Shown one piece after another: positions 37,201-49,524 of a stretch of DNA of 64,000 nucleotides (positions are counted from its first letter, which is position 1; each line of letters opens with the position of its first letter). The notes under the pieces were generated by a model. It did no database searches and had not been told where the DNA came from. It worked only from the letters and a program-made list of their open reading frames with translations. The stretch covers positions 1,736,001-1,800,000 of the forward strand of contig CATNEN010000038.1 of assembly GCA_950097015.1 (NCBI GenBank). Direction: 5' to 3'. A program made the position numbers and the translations under genes. This stretch comes from Macrostomum hystrix (lineage: Eukaryota; Animalia; Platyhelminthes).

Positions 37201-37669
37201 TTTGAGCACAGACTCACGAGAATGAGCGCGACTCTACTCTTGAGCACTACGCCTGCGCAGGCGCAGAAGGCGGTGGCCACCATCAAGGAGCCAGAGATGA
37301 TCAGCGCCAACCGGAAGGCCTTGAACTCATTCGACAGAACCTGGTGTAATGGGAGCGAGCTGTCTGCATTAATTGCAATAGGCTTCATCTGTCTAACATG
37401 TTCCAGTTGTCTAACAGATTTGATCTGTCTAACAGGTTTCATCTGTCTAACAGGCTTTATCTGTCTAACAGGTTTTATCTGTCTAACAGGTTTCATCTGT
37501 CTAACATGTTCCAGCTTACCTGGTTCAGCTCCTGTATGAGCTTCTGGTTATCGAAGAGGAAGAAGTAGATTCCTGCTCCAATGAGCACGTCCCCGAGGAT
37601 CAGGAAGATCGAGTTGCTAACCAGCAGGCTAATGCTCAAGCATCTCAGGCAGCTCTTGCCATAGCTCAT
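34291..37669 (-). CDS. Tetraspanin (260 aa, 6 exons)
   Basis: Exons 37520-37669, 37218-37340, 36694-36864, 34970-35161, 34478-34552 and 34291-34362, all GT-AG and in frame. Four hydrophobic segments. EC2 has MQTEFECCG, PPSCC and a terminal Cys. Confidence 0.9.
34598..34880 (+). repeat. 40-bp minisatellite in tetraspanin intron 4
   Basis: Unit GATAACACCCACGTCTAACAGAATTTACCTGTTTAGAACA. Confidence 0.93.
35170..35825 (+). repeat. 20-bp minisatellite abutting the acceptor of tetraspanin exon 4
   Basis: Unit GTATGGGATTAGAAGTGTCG. Confidence 0.95.
36290..36625 (+). repeat. 27-bp minisatellite in tetraspanin intron 3
   Basis: Unit TGAATCTCATCCCTCATTTCCTCAGTC. Confidence 0.95.
36885..37165 (+). repeat. 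Degenerate TGTACA-rich tandem repeat in tetraspanin intron 2
   Basis: Recurring GTGTACAGTGATTGTGTACAA. Confidence 0.8.
37380..37515 (+). repeat. 18-bp minisatellite in tetraspanin intron 1
   Basis: Unit ATCTGTCTAACAGGTTTC. Confidence 0.9.
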
Positions 37670-38076
37670 CTCTGAGGTGCTTCCGTTAGAAAATTCTGAG
37701 CTGATAAACGAATATTTGCACATGCGATGGTGCATTAGTTATTCATTTACAATTATAATTACCACTATCAAATTACAGTTCACCAAAATTGACTTACCAA
37801 ATTAGTTAGAAAAGCGAGTGAAGCCTCGACAGTCAAAGTTCGCTGACTTTCAGATTTTGGAATTCAGCAGTTTATGCTTAGTCACAGATTCCAATCTGGA
37901 GATGAACTGCGTGTAACGACTTTGCCAGTATTTCTTGGCAAAGCCGGAAAATTATATTGTGTTAAATATAATTGATAACTAGAACTAGAATTACAGAACC
38001 TGTACAGTTGTGTACAATGGTTACAATACCGGCAACTGTTCTGTAGACAAAAAAATTGTAGAATCGTTTTCCGAGA

Positions 38077-40430
38077 TTACAAAACCTGTGTTCTATGATT
38101 ACAGAAAATGTAGCATTGTGCTGCATGATTACAGAACCTGTAGCATTGTGTTCCGTGATTACAGAACCTGTAGCATTGTGTTCCATGATTACAGAACCTG
38201 TAGCATTGTGCTGCTTGATTACAGAACCTGTAGCATTGTGTTCCGTGATTACAGAACCTGTAGCATTGTGTTCCATGATTACAGAACCTGTAGCATTGTG
38301 TTTCATGATTACAGAACCTGTAGCATTGTGCTGCATGATTACAGAACCTGTAGCATTGTGTTCCGTGATTACAGAACCTGTAGCATTGTGCTGCATGATT
38401 ACAGAACCTGTAGCATTGTGTTCCGTGATTACAGAACCTGTGTTCTATGATTACAGAACATGTAGCATTGTGCTGCATGATTACAGAACCTGTAGCATTG
38501 TGTTCCGTGATTACAGAACCTGTAGCATTGTGCTGCATGATTACAGAACCTGTAGCATTGTGTTCCATGATTACAGAACCTGTAGCATTGTGTTACGTGA
38601 TTACAGAACCTGTAGCATTGTGCTGCATGATTACAGAACCTGTAGCATTGTGTTCCGTGATTACAGAACCTGTAGCATTGTGTTCCATGATTACAGAACC
38701 TGTAGCATTGTGCTGCTTGATTACAGAACCTGTAGCATTGTGTTCCGTGATTACAGAACCTGTAGCATTGTGTTCCATGATTACAGAACCTGTAGCATTG
38801 TGTTTCATGATTACAGAACCTGTAGCATTGTGCTGCATGATTACAGAACCTGTAGCATTGTGTTCCGTGATTACAGAACCTGTAGCATTGTGCTGCATGA
38901 TTACAGAACCTGTAGCATTGTGTTCCGTGATTACAGAACCTGTGTTCTATGATTACAGAACATGTAGCATTGTGCTGCATGATTACAGAACCTGTAGCAT
39001 TGTGCTGCATGATTACAGAACCTGTAGCATTGTGTTCCATGATTACAGAACCTGTAGCATTGTGTTACGTGATTACAGAACCTGTAGCATTGTGCTGCAT
39101 GATTACAGAACCTGTAGCATTGTGTTCCGTGATTACAGAACCTGTAGCATTGTGTTCCATGATTACAGAACCTGTAGCATTGTGCTGCATGATTACAGAA
39201 CCTGTAGCATTGTGTTCCGTGATTACAGAACCTGTAGCATTGTGTTCCATGATTACAGAACCTGTAGCATTGTGCTGCTTGATTACAGAACCTGTAGCAT
39301 TGTGTTCCGTGATTACAGAACCTGTAGCATTGTGTTCCATGATTACAGAACCTGTAGCATTGTGTTTCATGATTACAGAACCTGTAGCATTGTGCTGCAT
39401 GATTACAGAACCTGTAGCATTGTGTTCCGTGATTACAGAACCTGTAGCATTGTGCTGCATGATTACAGAACCTGTAGCATTGTGTTCCGTGATTACAGAA
39501 CCTGTGTTCTATGATTACAGAACATGTAGCATTGTGCTGCATGATTACAGAACCTGTAGCATTGTGTTCCGTGATTACAGAACCTGTAGCATTGTGCTGC
39601 ATGATTACAGAACCTGTAGCATTGTGTTCCATGATTACAGAACCTGTAGCATTGTGTTACGTGATTACAGAACCTGTAGCATTGTGCTGCATGATTACAG
39701 AACCTGTAGCATTGTGTTCCGTGATTACAGAACCTGTAGCATTGTGCTGCATGATTACAGAACCTGTAGCATTGTGTTCCGTGATTACAGAACCTGTAGC
39801 ATTGTGTTCCATGATTACAGAACCTGTAGCATTGTGCTGCATGATTACAGAACCTGTAGCATTGTGTTCCGTGATTACAGAACCTGTAGCATTGTGTTCC
39901 ATGATTACAGAACCTGTAGCATTGTGTTTCATGATTACAGAACCTGTAGCATTGTGCTGCATGATTACAGAACCTGTAGCATTGTGTTCCGTGATTACAG
40001 AACCTGTAGCATTGTGCTGCATGATTACAGAACCTGTAGCATTGTGTTCCGTGATTACAGAACCTGTGTTCTATGATTACAGAACATGTAGCATTGTGCT
40101 GCATGATTACAGAACCTGTAGCATTGTGTTCCGTGATTACAGAACCTGTAGCATTGTGCTGCATGATTACAGAACCTGTAGCATTGTGTTCCATGATTAC
40201 AGAACCTGTAGCATTGTGTTACGTGATTACAGAACCTGTAGCATTGTGCTGCATGATTACAGAACCTGTAGCATTGTGTTCCATGATTACAGAACCTGTA
40301 GCATTGTGTTCCATGATTACAGAACCTGTAGCATTGTGTTCCATGATTACAGAACCTGTAGCATTGTGTTCCATGATTACAGAACCTGTAGCATTGTGCT
40401 GCATGATTACAGAACCTGTAGTATTGTGTA
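38077..40430 (+). repeat. 30-bp satellite with higher-order structure
   Basis: Constant GATTACAGAACCTGTAGCATTGTG plus a variable hexamer. A 22-bp truncated unit recurs near 38427, 38929, 39491 and 40053. Confidence 0.97.
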
Positions 40431-41242
40431 AAAAAATTATAGAACTGTGTAGAAGTTCAATGTAAAAAGATGTAAAAAGTGTAAAAAGAATGAATTGCAT
40501 CGGAAAATCGCATGTTTTAGTCAGATAAGTCAGTTAATAGGACACATTTAATTACACGTATATTTAGATTTAGCTTAAATCCAGTTCGCTAAAAAAACAT
40601 GGAAACAATCGCACTAGGTCATACAAATACATGTAATTTTTTGGAGAATGCAAGGCCGATCTATGTACAAACTGCTGCAACAGACATGCATATGATACAG
40701 GAGCTGCCCCAGAAATTTTGAACAGCAACGGCGAACCTAATAGCGGATTTTATTACCAGTAATAATGTTTTATGTTAATAGCGAATGTTCGTAATGCTAA
40801 TTTGAATGGTAATGAAAAAAAGATAAAAACAGATCACTACTCGTGCATACTACTACATACTACTGCACAATCTAAAGTAGCATACTCGTATAAAACAATT
40901 AGCTAGCATAAAAAGAATTTAGAATAAAAGCATGCATAAAATATCAGATTAGGCACAAGGCAGGGAATGAGTGAAAAGCGTACTTTTAGGTAAAGAAATG
41001 AAATTAACAAAATAATAATAAGAGAAGTTACTGCGGAATATTTTTATCAACTGTCTTTTTATAAGTTAAGCAGCACCGAGACATCGAAAGATTTCTCTGT
41101 TCTTACAATGCTCAATGCTAAACTATATGTTGTGAAAAATGTAAAATGTGAATGTAAATGGACGGGGGTTTAATTTAAAAGCCATGAGATCAGAGAGTTT
41201 GCTGAAAGCTTAAGAGTTGAATGCCTCAGCAGTACACATCAT

Positions 41243-44200
41243 CTAGTCGTCATCCTCAACTTCATCGGGATCATCAGCATCATCTGCATCATCTGCGGCA
41301 TCAGCATCAGCAGCTGAAGCTTCCCGACCAGCCTGGTCCATGGAATCGTCATCGACATCGTCCCGGCTGTGATCCAGGCAAAGCAGGCAGTCGCTGCCAC
41401 CGCCAGACTCGGCTTCCACCTTGACGAACTTGCCATCAGCGTGCTGATCGCAGTAGGAGGCGGTGCAGGCAGAGCACAGCCTGTTGGAGGCGCTGCCGCA
41501 TTCGTCGCAGTGATGCCAGGGACAGATCCAGCGACCGAAGGGCGCCTTGCTGAGGCCCAGGCAGTCCGCGTGGTAGGCCTTTGGGCAGGAGTCCTTGCTG
41601 CACAGGATCAGGTGCCCGCCATCGCCGCATCTGCAATTGTTGACGACAGATTAGTCTGAATAATTTGTGCAGAATTATGGGCAGAAATTGGCGGAAATAT
41701 GGGCAGAAAGTGGGCGGAAATATGGCCAGAAAGGGGGCGGAAATATGGGCAGAAAGGGGGCGGAGCTATGAAATATGGGCAGGAAGGGTGCGGAAATATG
41801 GGCAGAAAGGGGGCGGAAATATGGGCAGGAAGGGGGCGGAAATATGGGCAGGAAGGGGGCGGAAATATGGGCAGGAAGGGGGCGGAAATATGGGCAGAAA
41901 GTGGGCGGAAATATGAGCAGAAAGGGGGCGGAAATATGGGCAGAAAGGGGGCGGAGCTATGAAATATGGGCAGGAAGGGTGCGGAAATATGGGCAGGAAG
42001 GGGGCGGAAATATGGGCAGGAAGGGGGCGGAAATATGGGCAGGAAGGGGGCGGAAATATGGGCAGGAATGGGGCGGAAATATGGGCAGGAAGGGGGCGGA
42101 AGTATGGGCAGAAGGGGGCTGAACTATGGACCAAAAATGGGGGGCGGAAATATGGGCAGAAAATCAGAAGAGAAAATATAGGTGGAAATATGGGAGGAAA
42201 AGGGGCTGAAATGTAGGCAGAAAGTAAAAAAAGTGGGTGGAAATAAATTATGAGTATTATGATTAACAGCTGAGCGACTTCGCCAACCTGAAGCACTCAT
42301 TGTCGTGCGCCAATCGCCTAGTCATGCCGCTGCCGATCCAGCCGTTTCTAAGGACTCCGGCGGCGCCGCCACCCCGGCTGCGGCCTCGAGGACGGCCTCG
42401 ACCGCGACCGCGACCGCGCCAAACGCCGAGGCCGGGTGCGCCGCCACGTCGACGCCATCCGCCGCTGCCGATTCGAGCACCATTTTCAGTGGCATCGGGT
42501 GCATCAGCAGCAGCAGCACCAGGCGAGCCGGCAGTCTCCATGGCTTCCGTAGCCGCAGACGTTGACGTAGTTGAAGTGCTGGCCGTTGACAGAGCCCGAT
42601 GCGCCGGATAGAGCCTCGGCCGGCCGCGCGGTCGCTTGACGCCGGCGGCCGCGGGCGGCAGCTGAGAGTCGACTGCCAGCGGCTGAGTTGCAACCGCGCC
42701 GCCCAGAAAGCCGACGCAGTTGGCGGCGCCGCAGCGGCAGGCGATTTTTCTCTCGCCGTTGCCATCGTCGCCGAACCACTGGAAGCGGTAGTTGAATGTG
42801 AGCTCCTCGCCTGGCACGATGTTGCGCAGTGCGAATAGGCCGATACGCAGGTCGCCGGCCACCGACCACTTGCGGGCCTGGAGAGCAGCGCAAATACTTG
42901 GCTAAACTTTTATGTTCATGTCGCCCACTTTACACATAACATCAATGAATCAGCAGGATCGATTCCCAACTCCAATGGAACAGTTTGAGACATTAAGCCT
43001 GACACGTAACTCTGCATTGCATCAGTTCACCCAGCTGTGAAATGGGTACCAGCACTCGAAAACATGATTAAAAGAATCAATAATGGTATCTCTCAAGTTC
43101 TACTTTAAAGAGTTAAGAGACACCAGTCACTCCTCCACAAGCCAGAACTGCCAGTCACTCCTCTAAAAGCCAGAACTGCCAGTTACTCCTCCACAAGCCA
43201 GGACCGCAAGTCACTCTTGCACAAGCCAGGACCGCCAGTCACTCTTGCACAAGCCAGAACCGCCAGTCACTCTTGCACAAGCCAGAACCGCCAGTCACTC
43301 TTGCACAAGCCAGAACTGCCAGTCACTCCCCTAAAAGCCAGGACCGCCAGTCACTCTTGCACAAGCCAGGACCGTCAGTCACTCTTGCACAAGCCAGAAC
43401 CGCCAGTCACTCTTGCACAAGCCAGAACTGCCAGTCACTCCCCTAAAAGCCAGAACTGCCAGTCACTCCCTAAAAGCCAGGACCGCCAGTCACTCTTGCA
43501 CAAGCCAGGACCGCCAGTCACTCTTGCACAAGTCAGAACTGCCAGTCACTCTTGCACAAGCCAGGACCGCCAGTCACTCTTGCACAAGCCAGAACCGCCA
43601 GTCACTCTTGCACAAGCCAGAACCGCTAGTCACTCCTCCACAAGCCAGGACCGTCAGTCACTCTTGCACAAGCCAGAACCGCCAGTCACTCTTGCACAAG
43701 CCAGAACTGCCAGTCACTCCCTAAAAGCCAGGACCGCCAGTCACTCTTGCACAAGCCAGGACCGCCAGTCACTCTTGCACAAGCCAGGACCGCCAGTCAC
43801 TCTTGCACAAGCCAGGACCGCCAGTCACTCTTGCACAAGCCAGGACCGCCAGTCACTCCTCCACAAGTCAGAACTGCCAGTCACTCTCACCTGCAGATTA
43901 GGCGTACAACTGTGGTTGAGGAAGCGGCTAATATTGCCCCTGGGTCCAGCGTCTATAACCCTCTGCTTGTCCAGCGTCAGCATGTAGAACTCGCGAACAC
44001 CGGCCGCTGAAGCCGCTTCAAGCCGACGCTGCGCCTCGTCCGGATCGATGAGGTCGCCGATGTACTCGTTGACAAAGTCGCCCTTGGCGATGGAGGCGCA
44101 GGCCCGCAGGCCCCAGCCGCGGCCATCGGCGGTGCGGAAGACCTCCTGGGGCGGGTAGGCGCGGGTGGCGAACCGGCGATTCTGGCAGCGCTCGCCAGCC

Positions 44201-47200
44201 GGACAGACAGACGGGTGGCATTCGTAGCTGAGCGCCCTGTTCAGGCAGCTGGCGTCCGAGCCGCAGGGATCTGGCGCATCGGCTGGACAGTCGCAGCGGG
44301 GCAGATCTGACAGATCCGGCTTGATGAGGCGTGTCTGCGGAACACAGCAGATTGAGGACGGATAGAAAAATAAATCACATGGCAGCCAGTGGCACAGCTG
44401 CAGCAACTGCGTGGCGCCTCTAAACAGTAGAATGACCAAAATCGCTTTGAAAATCTAGATCCGCTCTATCCGATGAAACAACTTCCAGTGTCACAAAACA
44501 TCGGCAACGTCGAGATATTCAACGATACTCGTCGGGATGTCTGATATAAAGTGTGTTCCGTATGGTCTTTCTACTGTAAAGACTATGTACAGCTGTTCAG
44601 TCTAAGGACTGGCTCCCACATCATCCTAAGTTTCTACATCAGATGGAACAAACAAAAAGCTTTCCTTGGTCCAAAAGATGGCCCTGAAATGATTATTATT
44701 GCACATGTCACTGAGTTACTCAAGCTACTGCTCACAGAGCCGATCGGATAGTTCACTTTGATCAGTTTAAACGGCGGCGGACGCTTTGGCCAGGCGGGCC
44801 GCGCCGTGTCGTCCTCGTTGTCGACGTCATCATCGTCGCTTCCCGATGAAGACGAAGATTCGGAGCTGCCGCTGCCACCGTCGATTCCGTTGCCGTTGGC
44901 AATCAGGCCGTCCCGTCGCCTTCGCCGATAAATTCGCGGCTGCTGGGCATCAACGGCGGCGGCGGTCCTGGCGGCGCGAAGGCAGTCGCGGGCCGATTTG
45001 GCCAGCCGGATGGCAGCAAGGCGCGGATTCTCAGCTCCGCCATCCGTGCCATTTTCTACTGCTGCATCGGCGGTGGCGTCTTTGTCAACGCTGTCGCCGT
45101 CGCAGTCGCCGCCGGCAAGACACGCCTCGGCTAGGTCAAAGTCAAGCACGCGAGCTCGCGTCAGCCAGGCGATGCCATCGGCTGCTCCGACGCCGGCCGT
45201 TGTCAAGGACAGGGCTTCCGAAAATTCGCCAAAGAATCTGACTGGGAAGGCAAACGCTGCTGTCGTTGCTGACTTCGAGGTGACTCCGGGCTGCGGATGC
45301 AGCACCTCGGCCGGCCACCACGGCCGCTGCAGATGTGGCCGAGCCCAGACAATGTCTCCGTAGCGCGGCGCCGGATGGTTCAACGGCCGGCACTCGGAGC
45401 AGAGGAAATCAACGGCCGGGTCGGACAGGGCGGCGGAGGTCGGCAGGCAGGCTCGGTGATAGGCAGCTGGGCAGCGGCGGCAGCGAAGCAGCGGCCCGGC
45501 CGACATCCGGCTGCGTTTGGCCGAACTTGTGGACTCCTCGGTTACGCCGGAGCGACGGCAGCATGCCAGGCAACGGTCCATCGAGGCTGGAGCATCGGCG
45601 GCATCCGCGTGGGCCGGACAGACCAGGTAGCCCTTGCCGGAGCCGAGCAAGCGGCTGCCAGCTGGCAGACAGCGCTGGCCGGCGTGGTAGGCCGCAGGGC
45701 AGCGGACGCAGCGGAGCAGGCGCAGCCGCCGGGTGCTACTGCCTGGCGCCAGGGCCTACGGGCAGAGAGTGATGGGGAGATAGGGAAGAGCTAACTAGGA
45801 GGCTGATGATGCAGGGGGATATTTCGGATCTGAGGGACTTGAAAGGATGTAAGTGAGATGGGGGGATTTGACGGCAGAAAAGTGAGAGATAATAATAATA
45901 ATTATTATTATTATTATTATAATAATTGCAGGAGGGCCTCCGACAATGGCACATCAATTGGTGACTATGGACCTGCAGCCAGCGAGGAGACAATTCTACC
46001 CATTCCTGACTCCTGAGCACACACGCACACAGATACTGTACACAGGCATACGCTCATACAGGTGTAATCGTCAGGCAGTGTGACGATTACAATCGTCAGG
46101 CGCCGTCGAATCGAACTTAGGGACCGTGGTGCGAGAGGCAAATGCGTTAGACCGCTATGCCACCGATCCCCTAAGTGAGAGATGGGGATCTGAAGGGATG
46201 GAAGCGAGAGATTGGGGGATCATAGGAAAAAGCTGTGTATATATTAGGGATCTGAGATGGCTTCGCGGATAATAGGGATCTGAAGGATCTGAGAGGAAGG
46301 AAAAACCTGCCTCATGATGTGAGGAGAAACGCCAGTTCACCTGTTTAGGCGGTGCCAGCCGGCAGGTGAGGCACTCGTGCTGCGGACAGACCAATCCGCC
46401 GCCATCTCCGCCACCGTCGCCAGCCGCGCCGCGGCCAGTCCGACGAAAAGCGGCCCCGGGACCGACGCCGCCGCCGACGCCGGCCACACAGTTGGCGTGA
46501 TAGACCCGGCCGCAGCCGCGCACTCGACAGCGCAAAATTTCGCCATTTTCGAGCGGGGAAACAGAATCAGTGCCGTTGCCGATGCTGTTGCTTGTATCAG
46601 CAGTGGCGGAGTTGCAGAGAAAACACCTGGAGTGGTCAGAGATTAAATAGGGGTTAACGGCGAGCAAGAATTATTCACTAATTATACGAGCGTAATAATC
46701 ATTTATTAAACCTGCCCAGATGTGCAGCCGACAGCACAGTCGCAGCTATTGCGCGGCGCATCCTAAGACTGCATACGGCTGTTCAGTCCATGGACTGGGA
46801 GGGACGTCACACCCAACCCTCAATTGCACCAGCTGATGCTGGTTACCCATTTGACAGCTGGGCGAACTGAAGCAATGCACAGTAAAGTGTCTTGCTAAAG
46901 GGCTCAAATTGTTCTATTGGAGTCGGGAATTGAACCCCCGACCTACAAATCGTGAGTCCGACGCTCTAATCACAAAGCTGCAACCTCTTGTACACTACAC
47001 TATTATTCATTATACCAACAGTAGACCACAGCAGCAGGTGAGAATGCAATTCTGCCCGTTGTATGGCCCCGCCGTGGATTCGAGCTCGGGACCTCGAAGA
47101 TTCGGACAGTTCACACCTTGCTCACCTGACCGGCAGACCTTTGGTGCAGCAGCCACAGGGGCAGCCGTCGCTAGCGCTGCCCAGGCAGTGCGAGTGACCG

Positions 47201-48579
47201 ACGCGTCCGCAGCGATTCGGGCAGGCGGCCACCGCGTCATCTTCGCCACCGTCAACGCCGAGTTCGTTTTCGCAGAGATCGCAGACGCCCGGAGCCGGCC
47301 GGATGACGCCGCGGGGCGCGGGCTTGAGCCGGTGAAACTCCAGCGAGGCAGTCTCGGCTGCGGAGTCGCCGACCGCTGGCCTGGCTAGGACGGATTCCAG
47401 CAGGGAGTCGATCAGGGTGTCCGACTCGTCCGATTCTTCGCCGCCGGCTGCAGTTGAAGAGGCGGCGGCCGCTACGGCGGCGGAGGCGGAGGCGGCGGTG
47501 ACGGCTTGATCGCGCGCCGCCTCCCAGGCTGCTCGAAGCCGAGCCGGAATGTGAAACTGCCACCGCCGCTGGTGCTGGGGTGACATTTTGGCAATTCAAA
47601 TCTTTTGATTAACTGTGGTCTATAGACACCAGCAACCTAAATCTATAGACACCAGCCATCTAAATCTATTGACACCAGCCATCTAAATCTACAGACACAA
47701 TCAATCTAAATCTACAGATACAAGCAATCTAAATCTACAGACACAAGTAATCTAAATCTACAGATACAAGCAATCTAAATCTACAGACACAAGTAATCTA
47801 AATATATGGACACCAGCCATCTAAATCTATGGACACCAGCCATCTAAATCTATGGACACCAGCCATCTAAATCTATGGACACCAGCCATCTAAATCTACA
47901 GACACAAGCAATATAAATCTACAGACACAAGCAATCTAAATCTATAGACACCAGCAATCTAAAATCTGTAGATATCAGCAATCGAGATCTATTGAAAGCC
48001 ACAAGTCAGATCTATAGACATGATCAATCTAGATCCTTAATATTAACAATCGAGATCCGTAGACACCAACAATCAATCTAAAGATCTTATACCAGCAATC
48101 AAAATCAATAGATACTGGCAAATAAGATCAAATAGAGCAGATAAGATTAAATTCAAAAGACACCTAAGCAATCGCTAGCTGTAGACATAAAAATTAAAAA
48201 CCTATAGACACAAGCAACCAGTATTTAAAAAACCATATGAACATATAAACATATAATTAATATAATAAATACTTTCGTACCTTTAACTTGAAGGGCAGCA
48301 CATTCGCATCATCAGGTACCCAAGCAGTCTCTGGCACGTCGCCAAAGAATCTCACGTGGTAATATGATGGCAGATTTGAGCTGTCAGACCGGTAGGCTGA
48401 GCCACCACTATGCGGCTTCTGCACAATGCATGGCCAGTATGGACAGTCCACAGTTCGAACCCAGAGAAGATCTCCAACTCGATGAGTTCGTTGCTTACTG
48501 CCTCCATTGCTGCTGCATTTGTGGCTGCGCTTAAGATCCAGTTTTGAAGGATGACCAAATGCAGCTGGAGGCAGTCCAG
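41243..48579 (-). CDS. NSD: NSD-family histone H3K36 methyltransferase (PWWP-PHDs-PWWP-AWS-SET-postSET-PHD/C5HCH), first coding exon not located
   Basis: PWWP1 [16 protein letters not shown] (48281-48579). PHDs near 47126-47300, 46341-46640 and 45390-45760. PWWP2 YGDIVWAR...PWWPAEV. AWS and SET GWGLRA...EYIGDLI...[10 protein letters not shown] (43891-44334). GEELTFNY and post-[16 protein letters not shown] (42288-42878). [10 protein letters not shown]...WICPWHHC (41243-41630). Confidence 0.92.
41685..42200 (+). repeat. 23-bp G-rich minisatellite in the last NSD intron
   Basis: Unit GGGCGGAAATATGGGCAGGAAGG. Confidence 0.93.
42950..43085 (+). mobile_element. SINE-C fragment
   Basis: GATCGATTCCC...CAGTTCACCCAGCTGTGAAATGGGTACC. 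Confidence 0.65.
43125..43887 (+). repeat. 28-bp minisatellite abutting an NSD SET-exon donor
   Basis: Unit AGCCAGGACCGCCAGTCACTCTTGCACA. Confidence 0.95.
45891..46172 (-). mobile_element. SINE-A copy (internally deleted) with 11-bp TSD
   Basis: AAGTGAGAGAT at 45880-45890 and 46173-46183, with an AAT/TTA tail. Confidence 0.85.
46700..46985 (-). mobile_element. SINE-C copy
   Basis: Minus strand: tRNA-like head with GGTTCAATTCC, then TTAGCAAGACACTTTAC...CAGTTCGCCCAGCTGTCAAATGGGTA...GGCTGCACATCTGG. Confidence 0.75.
47620..48110 (+). repeat. 23-bp minisatellite in an NSD intron
   Basis: Unit ATCTAAATCTATAGACACCAGCC, degenerating to the right. Confidence 0.9.
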
Positions 48580-49005
48580 CTGCAGATAATAAAGAGAAAA
48601 AATACTTTTTAAACCTAATAAAAATTACATAGTTTATAGTTTAGAAAAAGTGTTTGAAAAGCTTTAACTCGAAGCTAAAAAATGGATTGACATAAAAATA
48701 TATCAGAATAAAATCTTTATTATTTGTTTTCTTTTTACATTTTTACACATGGAGTCATGGCTTGATTACATTTGTGGCCTTTTTAATAAAATTGAAACTT
48801 CCATGAAGTAGTTTTTTAGGTCATGAGAAAAAGTCTGAAGAATAATTAACAGATTATAAGAAGAAATTTTTATGAAATCATAGAGCTGTGTTTATTTATT
48901 TATTTTATTTATTTATTTATTTATCATAGGGCCAATCCATAGACTGACTATAGTGTTACTTAACTCTGATGACAATATTATATTATCAATATCATCAATC
49001 ATATT

Positions 49006-49524
49006 TATATAACTTTGGCTGATCTGTTTTTACCAACATTAAACTGACATTAAAATGTACATACACTGGAGTGGGGTGGCTGCTAGCTGGATGAGATTTT
49101 TAATTGGGGTGTGTGACAGGGAATTCCCAAACCCACCCTGAGTGGACAATTAGTCATGCTGATGACTCATCTCTCAAAAAACCTCTACATTTAGGCCTCA
49201 TATGAAATACATTGATGACATAAACTTTTCCTGATGCTAACTAAAAATATACATACATGAATGCATATCAAAATGCATTGCCTACATAAGCTTTTTTCAA
49301 CACTAACTATTATATGCATGCATGCATCTAAATCAAAATGCACTGCCAATGTAAACTGTTCCTGATGCTAACTATTATATGCATCAATACATTTGTGAAT
49401 TCCCTGTCATACACCCCAATTAGAATCTTGTCCTGCTAGCAGCCACCCCACTCTAGTGTAGGCCTATGTACATTTTAATGTCTGTTTAACATCAGTAAAA
49501 ATTGATCAGCCAAAGTAATATATA
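49006..49524. mobile_element. MITE-like element with about 125-bp terminal inverted repeats
   Basis: Arm 49006-49131 is the reverse complement of 49392-49524 at about 85-90% identity. AT-rich non-coding interior and TA-rich ends. Confidence 0.75.

Noticed and set aside
38077-40430. CRISPR-like constant repeat plus variable spacer
   Set aside because: The variable part is only 6 bp drawn from six recurring variants, the context is eukaryotic and there are no cas genes. It is a satellite.
37962-40500. Long ORFs in the 30-bp array (also the ORFs at 32352, 36290, 41665, 43217, 60365 and 61619)
   Set aside because: These are open frames produced by stop-free tandem repeats, mostly inside introns.
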